Shown: positions 39,376 through 52,700, counted from the first letter of the whole stretch. The stretch is 63,887 nt of DNA, filler included, from Hyphochytrium catenoides (GCA_900088475.1; 8 parts of 8 records of this genome joined end to end with filler, not necessarily neighbours in it); one strand, 5' to 3'. Numbers and translations are program-made. Notes: generated from the sequence alone by a model not told the origin.

Positions 39376-40143
39376 CTCCTCCTCCTTCATTCTTCCTCTT
39401 CTGTGTTCCTGTCGCTGTCTCACTCTCCTTCTTTCAATTCCTTTCCTTTCACACTCTCTCTCTCTCTCTCTCTCTGCTCTCTCATTCCTCCTCCTCATCT
39501 CTTTCTTGATATCTCCTCTAAGGATAGAAAGAGACTCGTTCTCCTCTCTCCGGCTTCTGCTCTACCTTCCTCCATTCCTCTCTCCAGACATTCAGCCGCA
39601 CTCTCGTTGCTCCGTTTGCCCAGTGGCATACACGACAAGCCACAACAGAGGAAGTGAGAAGAGAGACAGAGAGAGAGAGAGAGGTGATAGAGAGAGGGAC
39701 AGAGAGAAGAGAGGCAAACAGACTGGAGGCAGTTAGCAGAAGAGGGAGAAGAAAAGGATATATCTATATATAGGGGAGAGAGAGAGAGACAGAGAGAGAG
39801 AGACAGAGAGACAGAGAGACAGAGAGCGAAGGATGGCCCGTAGAAGACCAAGAGTGGCCACCCACAAGACTAGATCCTCATCTAGAGAGAAAGAGAGCTC
39901 TGAGTCTCTTCCCCAGAAGAAAGACGAGAGCGTCATCGTCCAAGAGGCGAAGCGGACGATTGAGGCAAGANNNNNNNNNNNNNNNNNNNNNNNNNNNNNN
40001 NNNNNNNNNNNNNNTTAATTAATTAANNNNNNNNNNNNNNNNNNNNNNNNNNNNNNNNNNNNNNNNNNNNGAGAGAGAGAGAGAGGAGAGAAAGAAACTG
40101 GAAGAGTACGAAGAGAGGAAGAATAGGAAGCTGCTGATCTCAC

Positions 40144-40241
40144 AGGAGTCCCTTGGAGCTGCTTGCAATTGGGTCAAACTTGACGTGAATCTTCGTGAAG
40201 TAGCGCGCCAGCCGCGCATTGACGCCCGCGCTGCGCTGCAT
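40144..40241 (-). CDS. Probable first exon of mitochondrial ribosomal protein mL53 (rest lost at contig end)
   Basis: MQRSAGVNARLARYFTKIHVKFDPIASSSKGL followed by a GTGAGA donor; resembles the mL53/yeast MRPL44 N-terminus pattern (YFSKVIVRFNP). Short match only. Confidence 0.45.
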
Positions 40242-40484
40242 TCTTGAGCTCGAAGAAGTCTAAAAGAAGAAGCAAAACCTTGAAAGAAGGACGGCGCGGC
40301 TGCGCGGTAGACTTCTGAAGCTCCAGAAAAGTCAGTGCAGATGTTGAAGCTCTGCCAGTGGCGAAGAGAGGAAAAGCAAGCAATTTGTCATGAGAAGCTC
40401 AAGAAGAAATGACTGGAGATGATGGAGAGAGCGTCAAGAGGAGGAGGGAGAGAAAGTGAGAGAAAGAGAGAGAGAGACAGAGGT

Positions 40485-40539
<55 letters not shown>

Positions 40540-41801
40540 NNNNNNNNNNNNNNNNNGAGAGAGAGAGAGAGAGAGAGAGTAAGGAACCGAGATATGTCTA
40601 TAAAAAGTTAAAAATCCCACAGTCAATACTTCTTCACTTGAAAATGACAGCAAATGAAACTTTAAAATACATTATAACTTTCAACTTTAAAATACATTAT
40701 AACTTTCTGCACAGGAATATTCCGGCTCAGGAACATTGAGGATGCAAATTTTATTGACATGACATACAATTAGCGGAGATCAATCTTTGAATGATTCAGT
40801 GTAGGTTGTAGTAGCAAATAGGCATTTGGTAACAATAATCAAATATAAAACGTCAGCAAGTCCGATATGTGACTCCTGGTATAAAAGACGGGCTTGCCCT
40901 CATCCTGTGTCGCTCAAATCCTGGCCGTAAATCCTTTTCTCCCTCTCAGATCTTCCGCCTCCTTTTTCGAAGCTTTGTCCCCAATCTCGCAATTTGTTTC
41001 CTCTCTCTCTCTCTCTTTCTCTGTCTCGCTCTCCTTCCGTCTCTGTGTCTATTTCTGTTTGCTATTATCTTATCACTTTTCTATCTCTACCTCGCTTTTC
41101 TACACATCTTTACCCTTTCTCTGTCTCTCTCTTTTGTACTCTTGTCGTCCTGCTTGTTTCTATAGGGAAAGACGGCGTGGCGTGAAAAGAGTTTCCGTCT
41201 CTGTCTCGGCCAACTTGAAAATCTCTGTGACGGCGGGCATTGGGTTGAGCGGCGCAAACGGCGACAGCCTACGGGCAAATAGACAGAAGAATAGAAAGAG
41301 AGAGAGAGCTTCATCTTCTCTCCTGCAGCTGCATCACTTGAGAGCGTTTAGCGAGAGAGAAGAGACCACCTTCTATCTCTCTGCTTTTTGAAGCTCGATT
41401 GAAGACTCAGACCAAAACCTGTAAGTAACATCGTTATTGAGCTCCTTCTTTGTCGGTCGCCGATATCTCTCTTTCTTTTCTTGGACTTCGAGCGTTGCAG
41501 TGCGTTAGAACGCATTATCATCTTGTCCGTTGTCTCTGCATTGGCGAATGTCAGGCTTGCCATTCTCTTGCTATCTATCTCTCTTTTTCTGTCTCTCTCT
41601 GACTTTTTTCTCTTCTCTGCAATATATCTACTGTCAGTCTCTCTCTGTCGACTTTTACTACGACTGTGTCTTTCTCTCTCTCTTGCGCGCGTTTGCCTTC
41701 TCCCTTTCTTTGAGCGTGGTCCTAGCTGCTGCTGTCCTCGATGAGAGGCTGTGCTTATGGAGGTCTAGCTCGACGTCTTCTCTTCCTCCACCCAAATCGT
41801 C

Positions 41802-41864
<63 letters not shown>

Positions 41865-42101
41865 TTTTCATTCTTTCTCTCTCTCTGTCTCTCTGTCTCT
41901 CTCTCTCTCTCTCTCTTCCTATCTTTTTGCGCTTTTCTTATATTTCCAGTCTAACCTACAAGGTCCATTGTCTTCCGCCTTCATTATTCTCACTTTTTGT
42001 TCTCCGCTGCTCACTTGGTCTCTCTCTCTCTCTCTCTCTGTCTCCCTCTCTCTCTTTTTCTTTCTTTTTCTCTCCTTTACATCTACTTTTGTCATAGGAA
42101 A

Positions 42102-43867
42102 ATGGACAAGTATCGCCGCGTGGAGAAGGAGAAGGAGGAGGAGCTCCCCATCGGAGAGTCCGAAGTCCGGATCACTCAGCAAGGAAAAGTCCGGAACTAT
42201 ATTACTTACGCCACAGCTCTCTTCCAGGTATGAGAGGGGAAGGGCAATAGAGAGAAAGAGAGAGAGAGAGATTGTTAGAGAGACAGGTTGGGATGTAAGG
42301 AGGAGAGAGGCAAAGACAGAGAAGAGAAATAAAAAAAGAGAGAGAGAGAGAAGTTTAAGAGATCGACATGCCTACGTATACGTGGATAGGGGCAGGGAAA
42401 ACGGATATGGTGAGAGAGGGAGAGGGAGAGCAGATATCCAAGGGAGGCGAGGCATAAAGGGGACGAAAGGGACATAGCAAGAAGAGCAAAGTCAAACCTA
42501 ATGGGAGGTGCTTAACTCACTTTCTCTCTCTTCTGCTTGGTCTCGGTCTCTGTCTCAGGAGAAGAACCTGGACGAAGTGACGCTGCGGGCGATGGGGAAT
42601 GCGATCAGCAAGGCGGTGACAGTAGCGGAGATCATCAAGAGGAGAATTGCCAACCTCCACCAGGTCCCCAAACTCCTCCTTCTCCACTTCCCTACGATGT
42701 CTCTCCTCTCTCATCGTCCTATCTCTATCTGTCTGTCTCTCTCCTTGTTTCCTCTCTCCGTGTGAGACCTACTTTCTAAAGCTTTATTACTTGCTATCCC
42801 TGTCTGCTGTTTTCTCTGTCACTCCCTCTCTTTCTCTCTCTGCATTGGAGCCCTGCATCTTAAGGCGTCATTGCCCGCTCCTCGTGCGTTTCTCTCCCAC
42901 TTCCGCCCAGGTGACGCGCATCAGCTCCGTGGAGATTGTGGATGTTTATGAACCGCTTGAGGAAGGACTCGACCGGTGAGCCACCTCAGACATCGTATTC
43001 CGCTCTGTCTCTCTTTCTCTCTCTCTTTCTGCTTCTCTCTTCTCCTCCCTTCTCTCACTTTCTATTTGTCTGTCTGTATCTCTCACCTGCTATAGCTAGT
43101 CCATTCTTCTGGCCTCTCTTGTTACTCATCTTCGGGGCTTTTCTCTCCTCTGCTTTTTGTTTTCACGCTGCACTGAACCTTGTGTCTCTCTCTCTAGAAG
43201 TCATTCTTTCTTCTGCTTCTAAGCGGAGCTTCTCTCTCTTTGAAGAGTTATTCCTTCGATCTTTTGTTTCGTTTTACCTGCAAGTCGTTCTTTCCAGAAA
43301 TTTTATCCTCTCTACGTCCTCTCCGTTCATGTCTCTTTCTGTCTCTTCCTCCCGCTAATCTCTTTCTCTTTGCACAGTGTGACCACCACGAAGAAGCTTC
43401 CATGCGTTAGCATCTCTCTCTCTCTGTCTCTCCCCGACACCTCTCTCCCCGGGTACCAACCTCCTCTCCCTCAGGAGGAAGTAAAGACACAGGAAGAGGT
43501 GGCGGCGCTCAGGAGCGAGAGAGGGAGAGGAAGAGGCCGTGGTAGAGGCAGGGGAAGGGGGAGAAGAGGAAGAGGAAGAAGAGGAGAGGGACCTCGGGGT
43601 GCAGAGGGAGAAGGAGAAGGACACGCGTCCCGCCCTGCCACGTCTCCCCATCAGGAGGGAGAAGGTAGTGAGCAACAGCAAGGTAGCGGAGGAGGAGAAG
43701 GAGGAAGAGGAAGCGGCGGGAGAGGAAGAGGAGGACGGCGTTACCGTGGAAGAGGACGTGGAAGAGGAAGAGGCGGGAGAGGAAGAGGAAGGGGAAGAGA
43801 AGGAGCTGCCCGTGGAGAGGGAGAAAGTGGAGCTGCTACCGGTGGACAAGAGGGAGGCGAGGCGTGA
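42102..43867 (+). CDS. Alba-domain (Rpp25/Mdp2-type) RNA-binding protein with RGG tail, 4 exons
   Basis: MDKYRRVEK...EVRITQQGKVRNYITYA | VTLRAMGNAISKAVTVAEIIKRRIANLHQ | VYEPLEEGLD | GYQPPLP then RG/RGG repeats. Confidence 0.95.
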
Positions 43868-44326
43868 AGAGACAGTGAGAGAGAAAAGAGGAGGAGAGTA
43901 GAAAGAGAAAGAGGATGGAACGTAGACGAGAGCTAGAGACTGTTTGTGAAAGAGAGAGAAGAACAACAAAGTGAGTGACAAGAGAAGGCATGGAAGGAGA
44001 GACATATTAACACTTTTCTCTCGTCGACAATAAAGATAGCTTTGGCTGAGGAACCGTAGTATTATCCCGCTGTGTTCGCAACGGAACGACCGAGGAGAGA
44101 TCGAGGGACAAGGAAGCAAGAGAGAGAGGAAGACAGAAAGAGGGGAGCGACAGAGAGAGGCAACGGAAAGAAGAAGGATTGGGAGATGGGAGCCGCTTAG
44201 CAAAAAACAGAGATAGACGAGTGGTGATCTTGAGGAGAGAAAGGGACGCCCCCAGGGGATCCAAAAGAGCCAAGATTAACTGCGACGGGAGAGTTGGTGG
44301 CCATCGGCCGCATTCTCTCTCTCTCT

Positions 44327-44357
<31 letters not shown>

Positions 44358-45976
44358 CCTCTCTCTCTCTCCCTGGCCGTCCCAACTACTCACGGTGCCT
44401 CCACTTCGGGACATACTCTCTTTCCAGAGATATCCCTCTTCCTCTCTCTATTGTTCATTTCAAAGTAGCAACTACAGAGGAAAGAGAGAGAGAGAGACCT
44501 TGCCTAAAGAATAATCGAGGCGAAAGGAACTAAAGGATGATTCCTCGTCAGAAGCAGTTCCTTTCGCCATCATCATCATTGGCATCCCACCACCAGGAAG
44601 AGGAGGGAAGGGACACAAAGTCTTCTCTCTCTTCGGTGTGAGAAGTTGACCAGCCGCCCGCAGAGAGGAGGAGAAGGTGCAGCGCCGTGATGGTAGGTAC
44701 GTAGAACTGTGATGGAAGGAAGAGGAAGAGAGGAGAAGAGAAGGAAGAAGTAGTCGAAGATGATGATGAGAAGGAACGACACTCAGGAAGCCTTAGGCAA
44801 GAGGTGAAGCTCCCTGAGAGTGGCTTGTGATCCTCATCATGGTCCATGGCCGTCGCCCTAACTGATGTGGTAGATGGTTCCTGACAGCGTGAGCTTGTGG
44901 GACCCTCCTGTTGGCCCGCCGCCGTGCGCCTGCTGCTAGTAAGTCCTAGTACGTTAGGGTTAGGCGCTTTGTCCGGCTGAGAGGGAGTTGAGGTCATCAA
45001 AAGTTGACAGAAGAGCATGACCCTCCTCTTCTTCTGAGTACGGCAGCCAAAGGTTATTGAGGGCAATGTCCCAGCGTCATCTTCTTACCTCGCTTACTGC
45101 TCGATAGTATCCGGTCACGGTGGCCATCTTTGATCTTCAAGACAGGGCAAACCGAGCCAATGCAGGAAGAATGAGCAAGCCGTGCAATGGTTAGCTCTTG
45201 TCCTAGTAGGCGGTGGCCAAGACGATCTTCTTCTTCTTCTTTCCACCTTCTTCTAGAGGTCGCGTTGGCTGAATGGAGGATGAACGCGCGAGCATGCGGA
45301 AGCGACATCATCTCGGACTCATTGTGAGACAGTGATAGGATGTACGCATGCAGACAGTAAGGCTGCCGCTCGTGTTCCTGCTGCCGGTCCCAAGAACGAC
45401 AGCCCCATCAGATGAAGGTTCTCTCGGATTTGATGTACAGCCAATATCTTCGGCTCCCGGGAAGATGAGATCGAATTCTAAGAGCTCTAATGCTAACGAA
45501 AGGAAGACAGGAGCAGAGAAGAAGAGGAGAAGAAGAAGGCTTCGTTCACTCTTCAGCCGTAGAGCAGCTAGATCATAGAGGCCCATCATCATCATGTGAT
45601 GGATGTCCTTTATTGCCGGAAGAAAGCGCCGCAAACGCCTCGAACTACGAAGGGATCATCTGAGGAGCGGCTCAAGCCTGCGATGGAGAAAGAAGAGAAG
45701 GAGTGGATGGACATGATATGGATATTATAACATCGCGTTAACGCTTGTTGAGATGGGAAGGTAACGTGGCCCTTTTAGCTTCAATGGAGCTAAGGCTGCT
45801 CTTTCCCTTCTTATCATACGAGGATCTAACATATAAAGGATTATGGCTGAACATCGACTCTCTTGTAAAGTTATGAGACTCTTCCGGCAGGCAGGGATTC
45901 TTTCAGTGTGAAGGCTTCTTTACCTCCTCTTCTGTTCGCAGTGGACGTAGATCTCATGCAGCAGCAGCAGCAGCCT

Positions 45977-46834
45977 TTAGTACAATCTCTTCCTTAGGCC
46001 CATGCCAAACGAACGTGCTATGAGTGTTGATACTAGTGCAGGTCTCTTCTTGCGTTTGCGGGGTCTTCTACTGGGCGGGTGCTCCTGTTTACGTTCCAGC
46101 TTTTCTGCAAATGGACAAACGGCCGCCACCTGAGGTTGGGAGACGGGGGAATGGGGGTTGAGGATTATGAAGGAAGAGATTTTATCATCGATGCCGTCCT
46201 TAAGAAAGTCTGAAGGAAAATCTTTGGTCGCGACCTTCCATTCTCTGCTGTCACCTCCGCAGTTTGGGCCAGTAAAGAATCTGATAACGTCATCACAATG
46301 GACATCTCTGAATCTCCAATGCGCGGAGGAAATGAGGTCATTGAAGTCCGGGGGATGCGAAGAATGCGGCCCACACTCGAGGTTGTAGCATATATTTCTG
46401 GCATTCGTTAAGCTGACAGTCCCACTTGCTCCGTCGTCCTTATTTCCCCAGCATCGGCTTTCAGAAAGAGTAAGGGTACCGGTAGGGCCTGCCAGGCGTT
46501 GGTCAAACTGATGCGACTGGCAAAGACCGTCAACTCCCCAGGCAGCCTGCGATGGAAAAACGCTCTCTGGATTCCTGCAAGCAAATATGGACAGGGGCCC
46601 TGTGCTTGTGCTTTCTTTGTCTGTTCGGAGTTGAGAGCCAGCTAGTATGTCTAGTATTATTGCCCGTAGATCCGCGTTTGAAGTTAGATGTCTTTTGCTA
46701 TCACCGGCAAAAATGACGGCGCTGGCATCTAGTGGCCGTCCTCTTCCCAGAGCACCTTCTCCCTCCTCTGAAGCGGCAGCCAGATGCGCTATAAGACAAG
46801 CGGCAAGAAGGGAGGTCTTGATGAAGGTCTGCAT
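45977..46834 (-). CDS. Secreted protein with C-terminal beta/gamma-crystallin-like (Greek key) domain, single exon
   Basis: Signal peptide MQTFIKTSLLAACLIAHLAAA; paired FNDLISSA and IDDKISSF motifs with FFTGPNCGG between them. Confidence 0.6.
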   Translation of the reverse strand: MQTFIKTSLLAACLIAHLAAASEEGEGALGRGRPLDASAVIFAGDSKRHLTSNADLRAIILDILAGSQLRTDKESTSTGPLSIFACRNPESVFPSQAAWGVDGLCQSHQFDQRLAGPTGTLTLSESRCWGNKDDGASGTVSLTNARNICYNLECGPHSSHPPDFNDLISSAHWRFRDVHCDDVIRFFTGPNCGGDSREWKVATKDFPSDFLKDGIDDKISSFIILNPHSPVSQPQVAAVCPFAEKLERKQEHPPSRRPRKRKKRPALVSTLIARSFGMGLRKRLY

Positions 46835-47523
46835 GGCCAGATTCGGTGCTGCAATGACTGATGTGGGAGTGTGATGAGAAGACAAGGAACCACAAAGTCT
46901 GAAGGAGGGTCTTCTACTCCTTGGGTTGCCGGTAGAAGTCCCGTGGTTCTCAGTCCAGAACGTGGATAAAGCAGTTGTTCGGGATGCCAGTGCCGCACCT
47001 AGAACGTTGGATACTGAGCTGACGATGGATGTCTGACCGACGGATAGAACGGCAGAGGATCTCTCCCTTCCCAAGACCTGGCCTCTCCTCTCAATACTCG
47101 TCCTTCTCCTCTTGGCATTAACTCTTCCGCTTGTGATAATTACCTCCTACTACTGGCCCCCTGCATGCTTCCCAGTGATAAGATGAAGCCTTGAAAACCT
47201 CCCACTTCCGGTAACAAATTCTGCTTACGAAGCCTTTCTCTCGAGGTTCGCCAGCAGCAGCGAGGAGTGGAAGGGAGGTACAGTCCTTACCATGCTCTTG
47301 TTGGGCCCGTATGGTGCTAGGGCGAGAGGAAACCATCATCTCTGCCATATAAAGAAAGAGTACCAGCCGAGGGCCAGGCAGAACATAAGAGGAGTCAGAA
47401 CGTTCTTCCTTCCAGAAGAACCAAGCCTGACTCTGAACTTCGTGTTCGTCCCGCGTCCTTGTCTAAGAAGACAGAGTCAGGACGTGCAAGAAGGAAGGAG
47501 AGAGTTGGAACCGAAGAGAAGGT

Positions 47524-47566
<43 letters not shown>

Positions 47567-47818
47567 GCGCCAATGTAGATAAGTAAGAACTGGCTTGAGC
47601 TGTACCCGTGGTTGTTCCTCCTCCTGGGCTGCCCTCACCACCAGGAACTACTACACTACTACTCTACTCCTCGTCCTGGAGTAACCCTAACCCTAACTCT
47701 AGTAGTTAGTAGTAGGTCCTCTCCTCCCGTCCTCTCCTACTTATTGGTAGAACTAGGAGTGCACTTTGTAGTTCTACTACTTGTAGAGTGATTGTAAGGC
47801 AAACTGTACGGACGGTTA

Positions 47819-48253
47819 GAGCATCTCCACCAGCGTGCAGTATGCAGAATAAAATTGTCGTTACCCTCCCTATACTGTTTCGGCTGCTCCACCAGTGAAT
47901 TTAAACAGTATCTATTTTACTGCTCGGGACGGTAACGCTCATTTCGAGCAGTATTTCTTCCAGGATACTGCTCCGCTTGCCATTGAACGGCTCTGGAGCA
48001 GTAAAATAGATCTATGGACTTTCCAGTATAAAGCTCGGAGACAACCGCTCGGAGTCAAGGGGGTGTGGGGGGATGTTGAAATCTGCCAAGTTGTTTAGGG
48101 ATATAGTTCACTTCATAGGTTTGGCACTGCTGGAGCACGCAGTATTTATAGAGAAGTTAACGCCCACTCCTTACTGCAGCTAATCAGAATTCTCCATTTT
48201 CTCACCGTTTGCGACCCTATATATACTGTTTAGTGCTCGCTGGTGGAGTGCTC
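47819..48253. mobile_element. Tourist/PIF-Harbinger-like MITE, degenerate (~435 bp)
   Basis: Left end GAGCATCTCCACCAGCGTGCAGTATGCAGAATA vs reverse complement of right end GAGCA-CTCCACCAGCGAGCACTAAACAGTATA. Preceded by TTA, followed by TTT. No coding capacity. Confidence 0.7.
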
Positions 48254-48898
48254 TTTTTAGGGTCGTTCTGATTTTCTGATTGACTGCCCCAAATTTGGGG
48301 CACTCAAGTTTGGCGCAAAGGCCGTCAGTTACCGGTTCTCCCGCTGCCCCAAAACTGCCCCGTGCCTCGATTGCCTCTGATGATTGAGATAGTGAATCCT
48401 GCACCCAAACTCCGAGGGGGTCACTGATGGTCTATACTGCTCGTTTCTTTGGGTGTAGGAAGCCTATTACCAACAATCACCCAAATACTTTGGGTGACAG
48501 ATCCCAGAGCAATCCTACACCCAAAGGTTGCTCACGAAAGGTCGCGTCGTAATAAGCTTTCCCGCGCTGCAATCCGCGCCATCGCGCCAGATCCTCAGAT
48601 TCAAATTGGCAGAGCATTACCAAGTTCAGCTGCTATTGTCATCACCACCATCGAAGAAAGTTTTACTGAGGAGGTGTCCTCAGGGCAATGATGCTCGGCT
48701 ATGATGAGAAGGGAAAAGTCACGAGCAACACAACCGGAAAGTCACGAGCGACACAACCACATAACTTGATGCTCCGCTGTGAGAAGGGGAAGGTCACGAC
48801 ACAACCACGATAACGTATCATATTCGCCACCATGATCAGCGGGACGGCAAAGCAGAGTACGTCATCATCATGTTGATATCCCTTTCTTCCTGCTTATT

Positions 48899-49510
48899 GT
48901 GTGCATGCATGGCTTGGCTTCTTTTCCTGACAACTACCAACTGCCCACCGCAGCCACCGCCACCAGAGTTGCTTCTACTCCCTTCTTCCGATGCGACAGG
49001 TCCAATTCTTTAGACCCTGCCGCAGTCGCCGGAGAGGGAGGTGACGGCTGGACACCAAACGACAAAGCCATCACCCGAAGGAGCTGTTTCATCTCTCCAT
49101 TAGGGGTGCCCCTTTACCCTGCAACAACCTATCAGGATGAGCAACAGGAGGAAAGACCTCCACGATCTGCGCTTAAAGCTTCGATCTCAAGAAGCCGTTT
49201 AAAGCTGCAAAAAAGGAAGGCAGATGAAATCTATTGCCTGACACCTTCTTCAGCACCCGAAGAAGCTGTCTTATGGTTGAAGCGAACTAGGTATGATGAG
49301 TACCCAGCGAGGATTAAGGCAAACAATGGGAAGGAGAATGATTTCCATGGTAGTAACGTTTTCGGCGACCAAAGAGGAGCACGGTCGTCTTCAGAACCAT
49401 TAAGCTTCCTTGGAGAAGCCGGAAACAAGTATTGTCCGCATACGACACCCCATATTTGGCGATATGGGAAGCCGCCAAGACTGGCCAATGAGGTGAAGAC
49501 GAATAACTAA
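48899..49510 (+). CDS. Hypothetical 203-aa ORF inside the MULE, upstream of the transposase
   Basis: Uninterrupted non-repetitive ORF; no recognisable motif. Confidence 0.25.
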   Translation: MCMHGLASFPDNYQLPTAATATRVASTPFFRCDRSNSLDPAAVAGEGGDGWTPNDKAITRRSCFISPLGVPLYPATTYQDEQQEERPPRSALKASISRSRLKLQKRKADEIYCLTPSSAPEEAVLWLKRTRYDEYPARIKANNGKENDFHGSNVFGDQRGARSSSEPLSFLGEAGNKYCPHTTPHIWRYGKPPRLANEVKTNN

Positions 49511-49734
49511 TTGGTTGCATATGTTGTCGGTCTACAGCTAATAACTCTCCATTATAGACACAAATGCTGCCTAGTGACTATCCAGTTTGGAAGGATCCTC
49601 ATAGACAGTCTGAAGGGCGACACGCTAACCAACACGTACAGGCACTGAGAAGGCCGCAGGTATTATCTTAAACAAAGGGACTATGGGCCTTGCATTATGT
49701 CACCCCGTCAACGCTATCGCGTTCCGCTCTTCTC

Positions 49735-52700
49735 ATGACATCACAGATATTCCAGGATAGTGATGAAGCTTTTGATGTTGATGAAGCTGTTGATGTTAAT
49801 CGGCCACTTCGCCAGCCTTCGACCCCCCATTTGAGAAGTACTAGAGGAGGGGATCAGTACGCCCTTGAACGTGAGCGCTTCAATGTAAGCCATATGATGT
49901 CTTGATAGAAAGGTAGCCTCCACCGCTGACTCTTTCTGCTCTTATGGTCACAGACGCATGACGATCTGATTGGTGGAAGCGACGCTATGGATACGAAGAC
50001 TGAGGAGATCAGTACAGGTCGTGGATCGACAAGACCAGTAGGGGCAAAGGTAGAGGTTGCGACATACGTATACCAATAACACTCAGCGCTCAATTTATCT
50101 TGCACTCAACACTTGCTTGACTGGTAGGACCCAGTCCTGGAGCCACCACGATACTTGCACCTCGAAGACCCTATCAGTCTTCCGCCCTTTGATCTATTTG
50201 GAGAGGACTATGCCGAACAGGCAACTCGTGAAGCTACGAAGGTAACTACAAAGAAAGCTGTCGGAGGGGACACGGCCTGAATTCACTGCTCACTCATGCT
50301 TGTTCTTGCAGATCGACGAAGAGTTATTCACCACACAGGAGTTAGAGGAGAGAGAGGTCAGGGGTCCCCTGTCAATCTGATGTTCCATTTTTGGCAAGCT
50401 CCACTAAAGCCTCTGATTGCCGATACACACCAAGGCGATGGCCGGCAACAGGGTTACTGAAGATGACGGGCTTAGACATGAAGAGCAGACTTCTCGCGAG
50501 GGTGAGTGAAGTCTTACAACTCTAATGTCTTTGATGTTGCTCTTCTGTCCAAGAGAAAGAACTTTACAGATTGACATTAACCAAACCAAAGATGTTCAGA
50601 CGCCATCTGATGGATTCAATGGGGCCCCTCCACAAGAGGAATGTCACGACCTGCATGAACTTGGTACTACCAATACCATGGAACAGAAGGGCGATGGCTC
50701 ATCAGAGTCCCAATCTGGTGAAGACGAATTAGAGTCTAGCCAACTGTCTTCAAAGGAGGTAATAAAACTTGCTTTGTACGTTGGGGGTACCCTCAGACAA
50801 TCTTTGCCGATTCTGATAGGAAGCCGCGGACAAGGAAGACATATATGTAGGCAAGGAGTATGAAAGTTGGGAAGAAGCCCAAAGAGCTCTGGATGCTTAC
50901 TCGAAGGCCCACTCCTTTGTTTACAAGATAAATAACAGCCAGACTGTGGAGGCCTACAACAAACAGAGAAAGAGGATAAGTAGTGAGTAATCCTGCAGGC
51001 TCTCCTTCCGACAAACCATTCTAGATATCATCTTGAGGGCTAACAGTTAGTGTTTTATCTCAGCAACTTGATGCGCGAATCAAGTATGCGTGGGTCCTAG
51101 TCACATGTTCTTCCGGCGGAAAGGAAAACCTTCCCAGGGGTGAAGGAAAAAAGAAGTCATCAACCCGTTGGATCGGCTGTCCGTTTCTAATCAAGCTAAC
51201 TGCGGACGGCAAGGATACCGGCGCCAAGCTGATCTGTCGGGAGATCAAAGGTGAACATACTTGTGTGCGGACTCCACAGTTATACGAAGCACATCCACGG
51301 GTACGCCATCATTCAAATTTGGCGGTAGGAGACTTAGTCGGCGGGAAGATCAGTGGTACCGCAGGACGATCAGTGGTACCGCTAACTTAACCGTCCTCAT
51401 GGCGTAGGTGCGCTTGTCACTAGACAGTGGACTAGAGAACCAGATCAAGGAGTTGGCAGCAATGGGAGCTAGGAAGTCTAGACTACGCCTACTGATACGG
51501 GATAAGACAGACAAACATTGGTCTTCCAGGGACATTAACCGCTTTGTGTCCCGCCTGACCGGTGATATGTCGGGTCAACTATGTTCCGAGAAGCTTACTC
51601 AGGGTCAGGTACGTTTGGTGAGGTCGAACTGCCAAAGGCAGTCCAGTTGTTGTAGTTCTCACTATAGATTTGTCCATGCATGACGGCATTCCCTCTCTGA
51701 TGGGTAGCTGCTCAAGAAGGCGGCAGATGAAGTAGCCCAGAAGGATGGTCCTGAATCAGTGGAGCTTCTAGTGGAAGACGCCGAAAAAAAGAATCCCTTG
51801 TTTGATGGCTTTGTGTATGCTAGCCCATTCATGATTCAGCAGGCACAAGCATTTCCCTACGTGCTGATAATGGACGCGACCCATCAAGTTGATAATCAGG
51901 TATGCTCAGATCTATCCACCATATGTCGAAAAATGTGATGGTAACACTGTTCTATCCTCCAGAAGAACTGCATATTTGGTATATTAGGACAGGACGGGGA
52001 AAGTGTGGGACATTTCTTCGTCCTCGCTCTCTTGTCGAGCATCTCTAAGGACGTCCTCCTGAAGATATTTGATTTCTACAAGAAGAGAAATCCTAACTGG
52101 CAAAAAGTTCAGTCAATCATCATTGATAAGGACTTCACAGAGATTGCAGCGTTGAAGATATCTTTTCCTAATGCTCGGATTCTTTTGTGCCAGTTCCATG
52201 TTAAGCAGACCTTCACCAGAAAGATGCAAGAGCTACTGCCGAAAGGTTCGTTCGATCAATCACCTAACGAGCACTTAGGATCAGAGAGTTACGTGTCTCA
52301 ACAATTATATGCCTTTGCAGGAGAGATCAGCTCCGCTGTCCAAGATATATTGACTGGGGACATGATCCATGCAAAATCAGCAGACCACCTCTCACAAGCC
52401 TATGAAAAAGTCAAAAGGTTATTGGCTTCACCGACCCTATACACTAGGCAAGAGTCTTACAGTGAGCAAAAAGTCATTGCTTATCTGGAGGATAATTGGA
52501 TGTCCTGCAGGGACATCCAATTATCGACTACGCCGGAAATGATGTTCTAACTTTAGATAACACTACCACCAACAGAATAGAGAGTCGTTGGGGTCCGCTA
52601 AAGGAGTGGTGCTCTGTGAAGTGCTCACCTGCTGCCACCATCAGAGGCGTGAAAAATTTCGCAGACAACCACCGCGCAGACGCCTTGACCAGAGTTGCGA

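Noticed and set aside
39833-39970. 5' start of a gene (MARRRPRVATHK...) divergent from cobT
   Set aside because: Truncated by the contig end after ~45 codons; cannot be identified.
36761-43867. Functional clustering of cobT with Alba, mL53 or the acyltransferase
   Set aside because: Separated by artificial linkers at 33786 and 40015, so adjacency is not real.
44548-45700. Short ORFs resembling a degraded gene or retroelement
   Set aside because: No convincing motif in any frame.
47682-47697. (TAACCC) telomere-like repeat; a similar one at ~44954
   Set aside because: Fewer than three units and internal; insufficient for a telomere call.
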